Of a DNA stretch of 64,000 nucleotides, positions 10,564 through 20,271 are shown piece after piece. Origin of the DNA: an uncultured delta proteobacterium (GTDB lineage: Bacteria; Myxococcota_A; Polyangia; Polyangiales; Polyangiaceae); NCBI GenBank assembly GCA_963850305.1, contig CAWKKR010000007.1:320001-384000 (forward strand), in the 5' to 3' direction. A program made the position numbers and the translations under genes. Under the pieces are notes generated by a model. That model worked only from the letters and a program-made list of their open reading frames with translations, had not been told where the DNA came from and searched no databases. Position 1 is the first letter of the stretch. Every line of letters begins with the position of its first letter.

Positions 10564-11910
10564 ATGCTGAAGCGATCCGACTATCTGACGAAGCACTACG
10601 GAGCACCCGACTCCTTTACGATCGGGCTCTACGAGCGGGACGGCGGCTATCAGGCGGCGCGCAAAGCCGTGACGATGCCGCGCGAAGCCCTCGTGGAGGA
10701 GATCAAGAAGGCCCACATCCGGGGGCGCGGCGGCGCGGGCTTCGACTGCGGCACGAAGATGAGCTTCATGCCGAAGGAGCCGAAGAAGCCGCACTACCTG
10801 GTCGTGAATGCGGACGAAGGCGAGCCGGGCACGTTCAAGGATCGCTCCATCATGGAGATGAACCCGCACGCGCTCGTCGAGGGATGCATCATCGAGTGCC
10901 ACGCGATCGGCGCGCAGACGGCGTACATCTACATCCGCGACGAGCTGCATCTCTCGAAGGCGCGCGTGGACCGGGCCATCGAGGAGGCGCGCGCGAAGGG
11001 TTATCTCGGTGCGCGCGCGGCCGGCGCTGGGAACCCCGTCGACGTCCACGTCCACACGGGCGCGGGCGCGTACATCTGCGGCGAAGAGACCGCGCTCCTC
11101 AATTCGCTGGAGGGTCGTCGCGGAGAGCCACGCATCAAGCCGCCGTTCCCGGCGCAGGCCGGCGTGTTCGGGTGCCCCACGACCGTGAACAACGTGGAGA
11201 CGATCGCGATCTTGCCATCGGCGCTCAGCCTGGGCTGCGACGCCTTCAGCCGTCTGTCGGACCTGCACACCTGGAATGACGGCGGCGTGCGTCTGTTCGG
11301 CGTCTCGGGTCACGTGAAGAAACCGGGTCTCTACGAGTGTCACGTCGGTCTCACCTTGCGGGAGCTCGTCTACGATCTCGGCGGCGGGATCCTCGGCGAT
11401 CGGAAGATGATCGGCGTCATCCCAGGCGGCTCATCGTGTCCGGTCCACTTGCCGGACGAAGTCGTGAACGTGCCCAACGACCCGCGCTTCGAGCCGTACA
11501 ACGGGAAGAGCATTCTCGACCTGCCGCTCGGCGTGGACCCGTTCCGCACGGTGGGCAGCATGCTCGGAACCTGCTGCGCGATCGTGCTCTCCGACGGCGC
11601 AGACCCGGTACTCGCCCTCAAGAACCTGATGGACTTCTACAAGCACGAGTCCTGCGGTCAGTGCACGCCGTGCCGCGAAGGATGCGGCTGGATCGTTCGT
11701 ATTCTGGACAAGGTCGTCGCCGGCACCGCGACGATGGCCGAGCTCGACCGCATCCACGAGGTCGCGGACGACATCACCGGGAACACCATCTGTGCGTTCG
11801 GGGACGGCGCTGCCCAGCCCGCGCTCGCGTTCGTGAGGCGGTACCGAAAGCACTTCGAGGACTACGTGACGACGGGCGGCAAATCGCAGACCGGGAGGCT
11901 CGCGCCATGA
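10564..11910 (+). CDS. nuoF: NADH-quinone oxidoreductase subunit F
   Basis: RGRGGAGF, NADEGEPGTFKDR, GAYICGEETAL and ESCGQCTPCREG. Confidence 0.97.
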   Translation: MLKRSDYLTKHYGAPDSFTIGLYERDGGYQAARKAVTMPREALVEEIKKAHIRGRGGAGFDCGTKMSFMPKEPKKPHYLVVNADEGEPGTFKDRSIMEMNPHALVEGCIIECHAIGAQTAYIYIRDELHLSKARVDRAIEEARAKGYLGARAAGAGNPVDVHVHTGAGAYICGEETALLNSLEGRRGEPRIKPPFPAQAGVFGCPTTVNNVETIAILPSALSLGCDAFSRLSDLHTWNDGGVRLFGVSGHVKKPGLYECHVGLTLRELVYDLGGGILGDRKMIGVIPGGSSCPVHLPDEVVNVPNDPRFEPYNGKSILDLPLGVDPFRTVGSMLGTCCAIVLSDGADPVLALKNLMDFYKHESCGQCTPCREGCGWIVRILDKVVAGTATMAELDRIHEVADDITGNTICAFGDGAAQPALAFVRRYRKHFEDYVTTGGKSQTGRLAP

Positions 11911-12515
11911 GTGCCGGCGGCTTTCTGTTTCTCGTGTGTTCGATCGCGTGCATCGTCGGCGCGCTCGGCGTCGTGCTCGCCCGGAACCCGGTGCGCGCCG
12001 CGGTCGGCTTGCTGACGACCATCATCGGCATCGCCGGGCTCTTCCTGAAGCTATCGGCGCAGTTCCTCGCCGCGATTCAGCTCATCGTCTACGCGGGCGC
12101 GGTCGTGGTGCTCTTCGTGTTCGTGCTCATGCTGCTCGGCGCCGACGCCGCGGCGGTGCGGGAAGATCGTGCCCGCTTCGCGAAGCTCGTGAGCGGCGTG
12201 CTCCTCGGGCTCATGGCGCTCGGGACGATGTTCGCGCTCGCACCCCACGCGGACCAGGTGACTCGCTTCGCGGCGGTCCTGCCGGACTACGGCACCGTGG
12301 AGGGCGTCGGGAAGATGCTCTTCGTCGACGGGGTGGTCCCGTTCGAACTCGCGACGGCGCTGCTGATCGTCGCCGTCGTCGGCGCCATCGCGGTCGCTCG
12401 CGGCAAGCACTCGCCGGGCAAGAAAGTCACGTCCGTGAAGAACCCCAGGGACTTCTTCGTCGGTCCGGTTCTTCCCAGGGACGACTCCGGTCGTCCGAAA
12501 GAGGTGGCGCGATGA
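11907..12515 (+). CDS. nuoJ: NADH-quinone oxidoreductase subunit J
   Basis: ATGA overlap with nuoF; AQFLAAIQLIVYAGAVVVLFVFVLML and PFELATALLIVAVVGAI. Confidence 0.93.
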   Translation: MSAGGFLFLVCSIACIVGALGVVLARNPVRAAVGLLTTIIGIAGLFLKLSAQFLAAIQLIVYAGAVVVLFVFVLMLLGADAAAVREDRARFAKLVSGVLLGLMALGTMFALAPHADQVTRFAAVLPDYGTVEGVGKMLFVDGVVPFELATALLIVAVVGAIAVARGKHSPGKKVTSVKNPRDFFVGPVLPRDDSGRPKEVAR

Positions 12516-12829
12516 TGCTGATGGGGCAGCTGCTCGAACACTACGTGCTTCTCGCGTCCGTCATCTTCACGATCGGCGCCGTCGGCTTTCTGGTGCGAAG
12601 CAACATGCTGATTCAGCTGATGAGCATCGAGCTCATGCTGAACTCGGTGAACTTGCTCCTGGTCGCGTACAACCGGGTGCACCAGGGCAACCTGGGTGGC
12701 CAGATGTTCGCGTTCTTCATCATCGCGGTAGCGGCGGCCGAGGTCGCCGTCGGGCTCGCGATCGTTCTTTCTTTTTTCAGATTGCGCGGCGGCGTCCTGT
12801 CGGATGAAGCCGACGATCTGCGCGAGTGA
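12512..12829 (+). CDS. nuoK: NADH-quinone oxidoreductase subunit K
   Basis: LMSIELMLNSVNL and VAAAEVAVGLAIV. Confidence 0.95.
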   Translation: MMLMGQLLEHYVLLASVIFTIGAVGFLVRSNMLIQLMSIELMLNSVNLLLVAYNRVHQGNLGGQMFAFFIIAVAAAEVAVGLAIVLSFFRLRGGVLSDEADDLRE

Positions 12830-12837
12830 AGGCGGCC

Positions 12838-15414
12838 ATGGATCTCCTGCAAGCGATTTTCCCCGCGCACGACTGTGCGCTGCTCGCCGCGATCATCTTT
12901 CTGCCGCTCCTCGGGGCGTTCGTGAACGGGGTGTTCGGGTCGCGGCTCGGCAAGGACGCCGTGACGCTCATGGGGCTCGCGACCGTCGGGGCGTCGTTCA
13001 TCGGCAGCTGCGCGGCTTTCTCGATGCTCCGCGTGCTGCAGACCGGCGAGGGTCCGGCCCGCCTCCTGTGGGATGGCTGGCAGTGGATCGGGCTCTCGAC
13101 GCCGGGCGAGGTCGACGCGCTGAGCCACGGCGCGGCCGTCCCTCTGCTGAAGATCGATGTCGCGTTCTCGATGGACGCCCTGAGTGCGACGATGGCGCTC
13201 ATCGTCACCGGCATCGGCTTCCTCATCCATCTCTACTCCACGAAGTACATGGACGAGGACGCGAGCTATCACCGCTTTTTCGCATACTTGAATCTCTTCA
13301 TCTTCTCGATGATGGTGCTCATCCTCGGGGACAGCCTCCCGATCCTCTTCATCGGGTGGGAGGGCGTCGGGCTCTGCAGCTACCTGCTCATCGGGTTCTG
13401 GTTTTCGGAGTCGGCGAACGCCGCGGCGGGCAAGAAGGCGTTCATCACCAACCGGATCGGGGACTTCGGGCTCCTCGTCGCGATGGCGTTGCTTCTCCGG
13501 TACACGGGTTCGCTGTCGTGGACGGGTGTCGCCGGTGGGGCGCGCGAGCTCCTCCACCCGGTGACCATCTGGCAGATCCCCTGGCTCGCCGGGAAGTCCG
13601 GCTTCTGGGGGGCGCTCGGCGCGCCGGTGCAGGTCTCGGCCGCGTCGCTCGTCGGCTTCTCCCTGTTCCTCGGATGCGCGGGGAAGAGCGCCCAGATCCC
13701 GCTCTACGTCTGGCTGCCCGACGCGATGGCGGGCCCCACACCGGTCAGCGCCCTCATCCACGCGGCGACCATGGTCACGGCCGGCGTGTACCTGGTGTGT
13801 CGCATGGCCCCGGTGTTCGTCCTGAGCCCGGCGGTGATGTTCACGGTCGCGTGTATCGGCGCTGCGACCGCCGTGCTCGCGGCGAGCATCGCGCTCGTCC
13901 AGAACGACATCAAGAAGGTGCTCGCGTACTCCACCGTGAGCCAGCTCGGCTACATGTTCATGGGCGTCGGGGTCGGCGCTTTCACGGCGGGGTTCTTCCA
14001 CGTCATCACGCATGCGTTCTTCAAGGCATGCTTGTTCCTCGGCGCCGGCTCGGTGATTCACGCGATGCACGCGCGCGTACACGGCCACGACGCCTCGCAG
14101 GACATCCGCAACATGGGCGGGCTCTGGAAGCATCTGCCGATCACCCACTGGACGTTCCTCGCGTCGTGCCTCGCGATCGCGGGCTTTCCGGGGACCAGCG
14201 GCTACTTCTCGAAGGACGAGATCCTTCACAGCGTGTTCATGTCGTCCGTGAAGCCGCCCACCGCCGACGGCATGATCGAGTCGATGCACTCCTTCGTCTG
14301 GCCGACGTGGGGCGGACAGGTGCTCCTCGCCGCGGGGATTCTCGGCGCGGTCATGACCGCCTTCTACATGTTCCGCCTGTACATCCTCGTGTTCCTCGGG
14401 GAGTTTCGCGGGTGGAAAATCGTCGAGGGCGCGGTGGACCCAGGCCACGATGCGCACGACCATGGCCACGACGGGCACGCTCACGATGCGCACGACGCCC
14501 ATGACCACGACGCGCACGGGCACCACCCGCACGAAGGGCTGCTCGAAGGACCGGCACCGCTCGAATCACCCTGGCAGATGTACTTGCCGCTCGTGGTACT
14601 CGGCACGCTGGCCATCGTGGGCGGCTTCGCGTTCATGCACCCGCTCGAGCTGTGGCTCGAGCCCGTGTTCGCAGTGGCGCGGAACGCCGTCGTCGCGACG
14701 GACCAGGGTGGCTTCGTCCAGGCGCTCGCGGCGGGCGCGGGGATCACGGGCCTTCTCGGCGCCGTCTACGTCTATTACTCGCAGCGCGGCGCACCCGCGA
14801 AGCAGCTCGCGGAGGGTTCACCGCGGCTTTACCAGCTCGTCCTCGACAAGTGGCGCGTGGACGAGTTCTACGACGAGTTCTTCATCGAGACGCTGGTCCT
14901 CATTGCCGACGTGTGCGTCTGGATCGACAAGTGGGTCGTCGATGGCATCATCGCGCGCTTCACGAGCTGGGTCGTTGCGGTGACGGGCCATCTGCTCCGC
15001 ATGGTCCAGACCGGCCGCGTCCAGGCCTACGCGGCCGTCATGGTCGTCGGTACGGCTTGCCTCGGGTGGTTCTTCACGATGCCGCAGGCCGTGGCGCACG
15101 TGGAGAGCGACGCCGCGAGCGGGCACTACACCGTCACGGCCGCGCCGGGGCTCGACTACGGCTATCGCTGGGACGCCGATGCGGACGGTAAGCCGGACGC
15201 GCCGGAATTCAGCGACCAGAAGAGCGTGGAGCTCACGCTTCGCATCGGTGAGACGCGCAATGTCCGCCTCGAGGTGAAGAATGCTTTCGGGCGCGTCGGC
15301 GCGCGAACGTTCAAGCTGACACGACCCGCCCCGGACGAAAGCGGGGCGACGGCAGCGCGGGATTCAACCGACCCGGCCGGGGTCGTCGCACTCGGTCAGG
15401 AGGCGCTCCGATGA
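12838..15414 (+). CDS. nuoL: NADH-quinone oxidoreductase subunit L, with a His-rich loop and a C-terminal extension
   Basis: GWEGVGLCSYLLIGFW, GKSAQIPLYVWLPDAMAGPTPVSALIHAATMV and HAFFKACLFL. Confidence 0.96.
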   Translation: MDLLQAIFPAHDCALLAAIIFLPLLGAFVNGVFGSRLGKDAVTLMGLATVGASFIGSCAAFSMLRVLQTGEGPARLLWDGWQWIGLSTPGEVDALSHGAAVPLLKIDVAFSMDALSATMALIVTGIGFLIHLYSTKYMDEDASYHRFFAYLNLFIFSMMVLILGDSLPILFIGWEGVGLCSYLLIGFWFSESANAAAGKKAFITNRIGDFGLLVAMALLLRYTGSLSWTGVAGGARELLHPVTIWQIPWLAGKSGFWGALGAPVQVSAASLVGFSLFLGCAGKSAQIPLYVWLPDAMAGPTPVSALIHAATMVTAGVYLVCRMAPVFVLSPAVMFTVACIGAATAVLAASIALVQNDIKKVLAYSTVSQLGYMFMGVGVGAFTAGFFHVITHAFFKACLFLGAGSVIHAMHARVHGHDASQDIRNMGGLWKHLPITHWTFLASCLAIAGFPGTSGYFSKDEILHSVFMSSVKPPTADGMIESMHSFVWPTWGGQVLLAAGILGAVMTAFYMFRLYILVFLGEFRGWKIVEGAVDPGHDAHDHGHDGHAHDAHDAHDHDAHGHHPHEGLLEGPAPLESPWQMYLPLVVLGTLAIVGGFAFMHPLELWLEPVFAVARNAVVATDQGGFVQALAAGAGITGLLGAVYVYYSQRGAPAKQLAEGSPRLYQLVLDKWRVDEFYDEFFIETLVLIADVCVWIDKWVVDGIIARFTSWVVAVTGHLLRMVQTGRVQAYAAVMVVGTACLGWFFTMPQAVAHVESDAASGHYTVTAAPGLDYGYRWDADADGKPDAPEFSDQKSVELTLRIGETRNVRLEVKNAFGRVGARTFKLTRPAPDESGATAARDSTDPAGVVALGQEALR

Positions 15415-17237
15415 GCCCGCTCGCCGCCGGTCTACTCGACCTCTGGCCATATCTGCTCGCGTTCCTCGTGGGCACGCTCCTTCCGAAGCGACAGGGCTGG
15501 CCCGAACGCGTCGCGCTCGGTGTCGTCGGCGTTCTCGCCACGGCGTTCGTCATCGGGCTCTGGCCGGGGAAGGACGTCGTCGATCCAGATCGCCTGCCGT
15601 CGGAGTGGCCGCAGCTTCTGAACGTCATCGTGTTCATCCCCATCCTCGGGGCCGTCGCGGTGCTCTTCCTGCCTCGTCAGACGCCGAAGCTCCTCCGGCG
15701 GTTCACGATGGGCCTCATGGGGGCGGACTTCGTCGCGTCCCTCGGTCTGCTCTCAACGCCGATGTCGAAGGGGTGGCACTTCCAGTACGTCACCGAGTGG
15801 ATCCCCGCGTTCGGCATTCGCTATCACGTCGCGGTGGACGGCATCAGCTTGTGGCTCGTGCTCCTCACGACGCTGACCACACCGCTTGCGATGTACGCGT
15901 CCTTCGGCTCCCTCCAGAAGCGCACGAAGGATCTCTGCTTCTCGTTCCTGCTGCTCCAGGGCGCCATGCTCGGCGCCTTCGTGGCGCTCGATCTCTTCCT
16001 CTTCTACGTGTTCTGGGAGCTCATGCTCATTCCGATGATCCTCATCATCGGTGTGTGGGGCGGCGTAGAGCGGATCAAGGCCGCCTACAAGTTCTTCCTC
16101 TACACGATGTTCGGGAGCGTGCTGATGCTCGGCGCGATCCTCTACCTCGTGTGGGCGCACGACAAGGTCGCGGGCTACCTGACGTTCGACTATCTCGCGC
16201 TCCGCCGGCTCATCCTGCCGAACACCGCCGCCTGGCTCTGCTACGCGGCATTCGCGCTGGCCTTCGTCATCAAGGTGCCGATGTGGCCGTTCCACACGTG
16301 GTTGCCCGACGCGCACGTGCAGGCCCCGACGGGTGGGTCCGTCATCCTGGCGGCCGTGCTCCTCAAGCTCGGCGCGTACGGTTACATCCGCTTCTGTATG
16401 GGCATGCTCGAGGGTCCGGCATGGACCGCGGCCGCGACGCTGGGGACGGTCGCCATCGTCGGCGGCATCCTCTACGGCGCGCTCGTCGCCTGGAGACAGG
16501 AGGACGTGAAGAAGCTCATCGCGTACTCCTCCGTCGCGCATCTCGGCTTCGTGATGCTGGGCATTTTTGGAGCTACTCAAGCAGGCATGGCCGGCGCGAT
16601 CATCCAGATGGTCAATCACGGTGTGTCCACGGGCGCTCTGTTCCTCCTCGTCGGCGTCATCTACGACCGCCGTCACACGCGCCTGCTCAGTGAGTTCGGC
16701 GGGCTCGCGAAGGTGATGCCCGTCTACGCGGTGCTGTTCGTCATCGTGACGCTCGCCAGCGTCGGCGTGCCGGGCACGAACGGCTTCGTCGGCGAGTTCA
16801 TGGTCGTCATGGGCACCATGGTGTCGCAGGTGCTCGAGCGTCAGTCGATCGTTCAGACGACCTTTGCGGCCTTCGGCGTCATTCTGGCCGCGGTCTACAT
16901 GTTGCACCTCGTGCAGAAGATGTTCTTCGGTCCGCTCGACAATCCGAAGAACGAGCACCTGCCGGACCTGAACCCGCGCGAGACGCTGGCACTGGCGCCC
17001 CTCATCGTCATGGTGTTCGTCATCGGGCTCTTTCCGAACGTGCTCCTGTCGCGCATGACGGACAGCGTGAACGCCGCTCTCGACAGTTACGTGGATGGTC
17101 GCCTCCAGTACGAGCAGCACGAGGGTGAGGAGACCCTGCGCATGCGTCCCCACCGCGGCGGACCCCTCGAACAGGGTTACCCCAAACCCCCCCATGACTC
17201 GAGCGCGGCGGTCGCATCGAACGAGGTGGGCCGATGA
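15411..17237 (+). CDS. nuoM: NADH-quinone oxidoreductase subunit M, with N- and C-terminal extensions
   Basis: FYVFWELMLIPM, IKVPMWPFHTWLPDAHVQAPT and PGTNGFVGEF. Confidence 0.96.
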   Translation: MSPLAAGLLDLWPYLLAFLVGTLLPKRQGWPERVALGVVGVLATAFVIGLWPGKDVVDPDRLPSEWPQLLNVIVFIPILGAVAVLFLPRQTPKLLRRFTMGLMGADFVASLGLLSTPMSKGWHFQYVTEWIPAFGIRYHVAVDGISLWLVLLTTLTTPLAMYASFGSLQKRTKDLCFSFLLLQGAMLGAFVALDLFLFYVFWELMLIPMILIIGVWGGVERIKAAYKFFLYTMFGSVLMLGAILYLVWAHDKVAGYLTFDYLALRRLILPNTAAWLCYAAFALAFVIKVPMWPFHTWLPDAHVQAPTGGSVILAAVLLKLGAYGYIRFCMGMLEGPAWTAAATLGTVAIVGGILYGALVAWRQEDVKKLIAYSSVAHLGFVMLGIFGATQAGMAGAIIQMVNHGVSTGALFLLVGVIYDRRHTRLLSEFGGLAKVMPVYAVLFVIVTLASVGVPGTNGFVGEFMVVMGTMVSQVLERQSIVQTTFAAFGVILAAVYMLHLVQKMFFGPLDNPKNEHLPDLNPRETLALAPLIVMVFVIGLFPNVLLSRMTDSVNAALDSYVDGRLQYEQHEGEETLRMRPHRGGPLEQGYPKPPHDSSAAVASNEVGR

Positions 17238-18769
17238 GCCTCGCCTTCTCACTTTCCCCGATCCTGGTGATCGCGCTTGGGGCGATCCTGCTGATGCTTG
17301 CCGAAGCATTCGGTACGCCGACGGACCCGGCGGGCATGGAGGGGGATCTCGTCGTGGATGCCGGTGCCGGCAGGAGCGCCGAGCTCGGTCTCGTCGCGGC
17401 GATCATCCTGTTTCTCGGTGCGGTGATGAGCATCGCCGTCTGGCTCATCGGACCGGACAAGCTCGAGGGAACGGCGACCGTGCTGCCGTACCTCGTCATG
17501 GATCGCTTCTCGCTGTTCTTCAGCTTCGTGCTCTGCATCGGCGGAGCGCTCGCGGCGCTGCTTGCGGGCGGCTATTTGCCGGAGCACAAGATCGATCGCG
17601 CGGAGTTTTTCCCTCTGCTCCTCCTGTCGACGGTCGGCGCCATTGCGCTCGCGTGGTCGGGGGATCTCCTCAGCGCGTTCATCGGGCTCGAGACGATGTC
17701 ACTGGGCGTCTATTGCCTGATCGGTCTGCGGCGGGGGAGCGCTCGCGCCGCCGAAGCCGCGGTGAAGTACTTCTTGCTGGGCAGCTTCGCGGCCGCGCTG
17801 ATGCTATTCGGCTTTGCGCTCCTCTACGGGGCGACCGGCCACACCGATCTCCAGGGCATCGGGGAGGCCGTGAAGAGCATCGGCACTGCGGGGAGCACCG
17901 TGAGCGCGCCGACCGTGCTCATCGCGCTCGTGCTGACGCTCGTGGGGCTCGGGTTCAAGGTCAGCGCCGTGCCGTTTCACATGTGGACGCCGGACGCATA
18001 CGAAGGCGCACCCACCCCCACGACGACCTATATGGCGGTTGCAGTGAAGAGCGCGGCGTTCGCGGTCCTGCTGCGCGTTCTGCTCATCGGGTTCGGGGAT
18101 GAACGGCTGATGAGCTGGGGCACGGGCTGGCCGCCAGTGCTCGCGGGGCTCGCGGTCCTGTCCATGACCGTCGCGAACGTCATCGCGGGGCGACAGGAGT
18201 CCGTGAAACGCATGCTCGCGTACTCGTCGATTGCGCACGCCGGGTACGTGCTCGTCGGCGTCGCCGCAACGGTCCGCGCCAGCAGCGAAGCGCAAGCCAG
18301 CGTGCTCTTCTATCTGCTCGCCTACACCGTCTCGACTGCCGGTGCGTTCGGCGCGCTCATCGCGTGCGGCTCGCGCGGTAAAGAGGCCGTCACCTACGAA
18401 GACCTTGCCGGCGTCGGGCGGCGCCACCCGCCCGCGGCGCTCGCCTTTTCGCTGTTCCTGGTGTCGCTCGCGGGCATTCCGCCGACGGCCGGGTTCTTCG
18501 GCAAGCTTTACATCTTCCACGCGGCCATGGACGCGCAGCTCTACACGGTGGCGATCATCGGCCTCCTGAACAGCGTCGTGGGGGCTTACTACTACGCACG
18601 CGTGATGGTGTTCATGTACATGCGTGAACCCGCGCCGGGCGCGTCGATCGCCGTGCCGATGCGTTCGGGTCTCGTGGCTTCCGCGCTGATCATCGCCGCG
18701 GTCCTCGTGATCGCGTTCGGTATCATGCCGGGCAGTCTGCTCGACATGGCGAGCACGGCGGGCCTCTGA
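17234..18769 (+). CDS. nuoN: NADH-quinone oxidoreductase subunit N
   Basis: EAAVKYFLLGS, FKVSAVPFHMWTPDAYEGAPTP and KRMLAYSSIAHAGY. Confidence 0.96.
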   Translation: MSLAFSLSPILVIALGAILLMLAEAFGTPTDPAGMEGDLVVDAGAGRSAELGLVAAIILFLGAVMSIAVWLIGPDKLEGTATVLPYLVMDRFSLFFSFVLCIGGALAALLAGGYLPEHKIDRAEFFPLLLLSTVGAIALAWSGDLLSAFIGLETMSLGVYCLIGLRRGSARAAEAAVKYFLLGSFAAALMLFGFALLYGATGHTDLQGIGEAVKSIGTAGSTVSAPTVLIALVLTLVGLGFKVSAVPFHMWTPDAYEGAPTPTTTYMAVAVKSAAFAVLLRVLLIGFGDERLMSWGTGWPPVLAGLAVLSMTVANVIAGRQESVKRMLAYSSIAHAGYVLVGVAATVRASSEAQASVLFYLLAYTVSTAGAFGALIACGSRGKEAVTYEDLAGVGRRHPPAALAFSLFLVSLAGIPPTAGFFGKLYIFHAAMDAQLYTVAIIGLLNSVVGAYYYARVMVFMYMREPAPGASIAVPMRSGLVASALIIAAVLVIAFGIMPGSLLDMASTAGL

Positions 18770-18790
18770 CTCCCCCCGAGGACGACTTTA

Positions 18791-19297
18791 TCAGCGTATC
18801 ACCTCGAACCGGAGTTCTTCGGGCCCCGGTCCGATGACGAGCGGCGCATAGTGGAGCTCGAGCTTTCGCGACGATTTCGGGACCTCGAACGTGACGAACC
18901 CCCGAGCCTCGCGCCCGAGCGATAGCCGCACCGGGGCGATGCCGGGTTCGCAGCCGGCGAGGGTGCTCGAATAGCTCCGGTCCGCCTCGTCGTAGAGCGT
19001 CGCGTAAAATGGGTTGGCCGGCACCTCGAGGGTCGAAGTGCCGGCCATGACCACTTCGATGCCGACCTTGGCGAACCCCGGTCTCGCTGCAAAGGGCGGC
19101 TCCATGGGGCAATCCCTCACCGATTCGACGCTCATTCGGTAGTCGTGGGCGTGCCCGAGCTCGCCGACCGGATGGACGCGGGCCTCGGCGCCTATGAGAG
19201 GGGCGGGCTCGGCAGTGGCCGGCGGCGCGATCTTGTCGGCGGGCGCCGCCCGGCATCCGACGGCCAAAACCAATCCGAGCGCTGCCAGGTTCCGCAC
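18791..19297 (-). CDS. Putative lipoprotein with an Ig-like (DUF4352-like) domain
   Basis: Lipobox-like LVLAVGC; C-terminal LSLGREARGFVTFEVPKSSRKLELHY pattern; -10-like TACGAT 6 nt before the GTG. Confidence 0.65.
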   Translation of the reverse strand: MRNLAALGLVLAVGCRAAPADKIAPPATAEPAPLIGAEARVHPVGELGHAHDYRMSVESVRDCPMEPPFAARPGFAKVGIEVVMAGTSTLEVPANPFYATLYDEADRSYSSTLAGCEPGIAPVRLSLGREARGFVTFEVPKSSRKLELHYAPLVIGPGPEELRFEVIR

Positions 19298-19431
19298 GGC
19301 AAGATCGTACCAAACCGGGGCTGGAAAACGACGGTCCGCTGCCGGCAGAGGAGACTCGACCGGCTTCCTGCTTGCTATGTTGGGCACGGGTGAGCCATTT
19401 CCCGCGGATCTCACCACTCGAAATTTCACCG

Positions 19432-20271
19432 ATGACCTGCCGACTCATCCTGCTCCTCGCGGCCTCCGTCCTTTTCCCGGGCTGTAGATCGAAAGCCACG
19501 GTCGTCGAGAAGGAGAGGCCTGCTTCTTCCGCTTCAGCCTCGCCGGTCCGGAGTCCGATCGCGCCGGAGCAGATTCAGGCTGCCGTGAACCCCGCGCACG
19601 AGGCGCCATATTCGGGCCCCATCGGCAGCGTTCATGGGGTCGTGCACGTGACGGGAGACGCGGCACCGGAGCTTCCCGGCGTGCTCGCGAAGATCCCGGT
19701 GGGGCAGTGCAACGACGCGCGCGCCTTCTACGGAAAGATGTTTCGCGAAGGCCCTGATCGAGAGCTCGCAGACGTGCTCGTCGCGGTGACCGACTACAAG
19801 GGTTACCTGCCGGCGAAGGCGATGTCGAAAACGGTCGTCGCGCGGGGGTGCGCGTTCGATTCGCGGACCGTCGCGCTGACGTTCGGTCAGGTGCTGATGG
19901 TCAAGAATGAGAGCTCGCGGACGTTCATTCCGCAACTCATTGGCGCACGCGAAGCTGCATTGCTCGTTGCCGTACCACGCGGGGAGCCGATCCCGCTGTT
20001 CCCCGATCACGTCGGGGAATATTCGCTTCAAGATCAGACACAGACTTTCGCGACGGCGGACGTGTTCGTCTTGAGGTACCCCACGGTCGCGGTGACGGGC
20101 CTGGACGGCGCGTTCGATATCCGGGACCTCCCTGCTGGCCCCGCGGTGATCACCGCGTATTTGCCGGCCGCCAAGCAGCAGGCGAGTCAGCACATCAACA
20201 TCGTGGCCGGTGAGGCGACCACTATCAATCTCGTGATTCCATTCAAGAACCCGAAGGCAGCCGCGCCCTGA
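19432..20271 (+). CDS. Putative lipoprotein with cupredoxin-like and carboxypeptidase-regulatory-like (CarboxypepD_reg) domains
   Basis: Signal ending LFPGC; GSVHGVVHVTG; RGCAFDSRTV; AVTGLDGAFDIRDLPAG. Confidence 0.7.
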   Translation: MTCRLILLLAASVLFPGCRSKATVVEKERPASSASASPVRSPIAPEQIQAAVNPAHEAPYSGPIGSVHGVVHVTGDAAPELPGVLAKIPVGQCNDARAFYGKMFREGPDRELADVLVAVTDYKGYLPAKAMSKTVVARGCAFDSRTVALTFGQVLMVKNESSRTFIPQLIGAREAALLVAVPRGEPIPLFPDHVGEYSLQDQTQTFATADVFVLRYPTVAVTGLDGAFDIRDLPAGPAVITAYLPAAKQQASQHINIVAGEATTINLVIPFKNPKAAAP

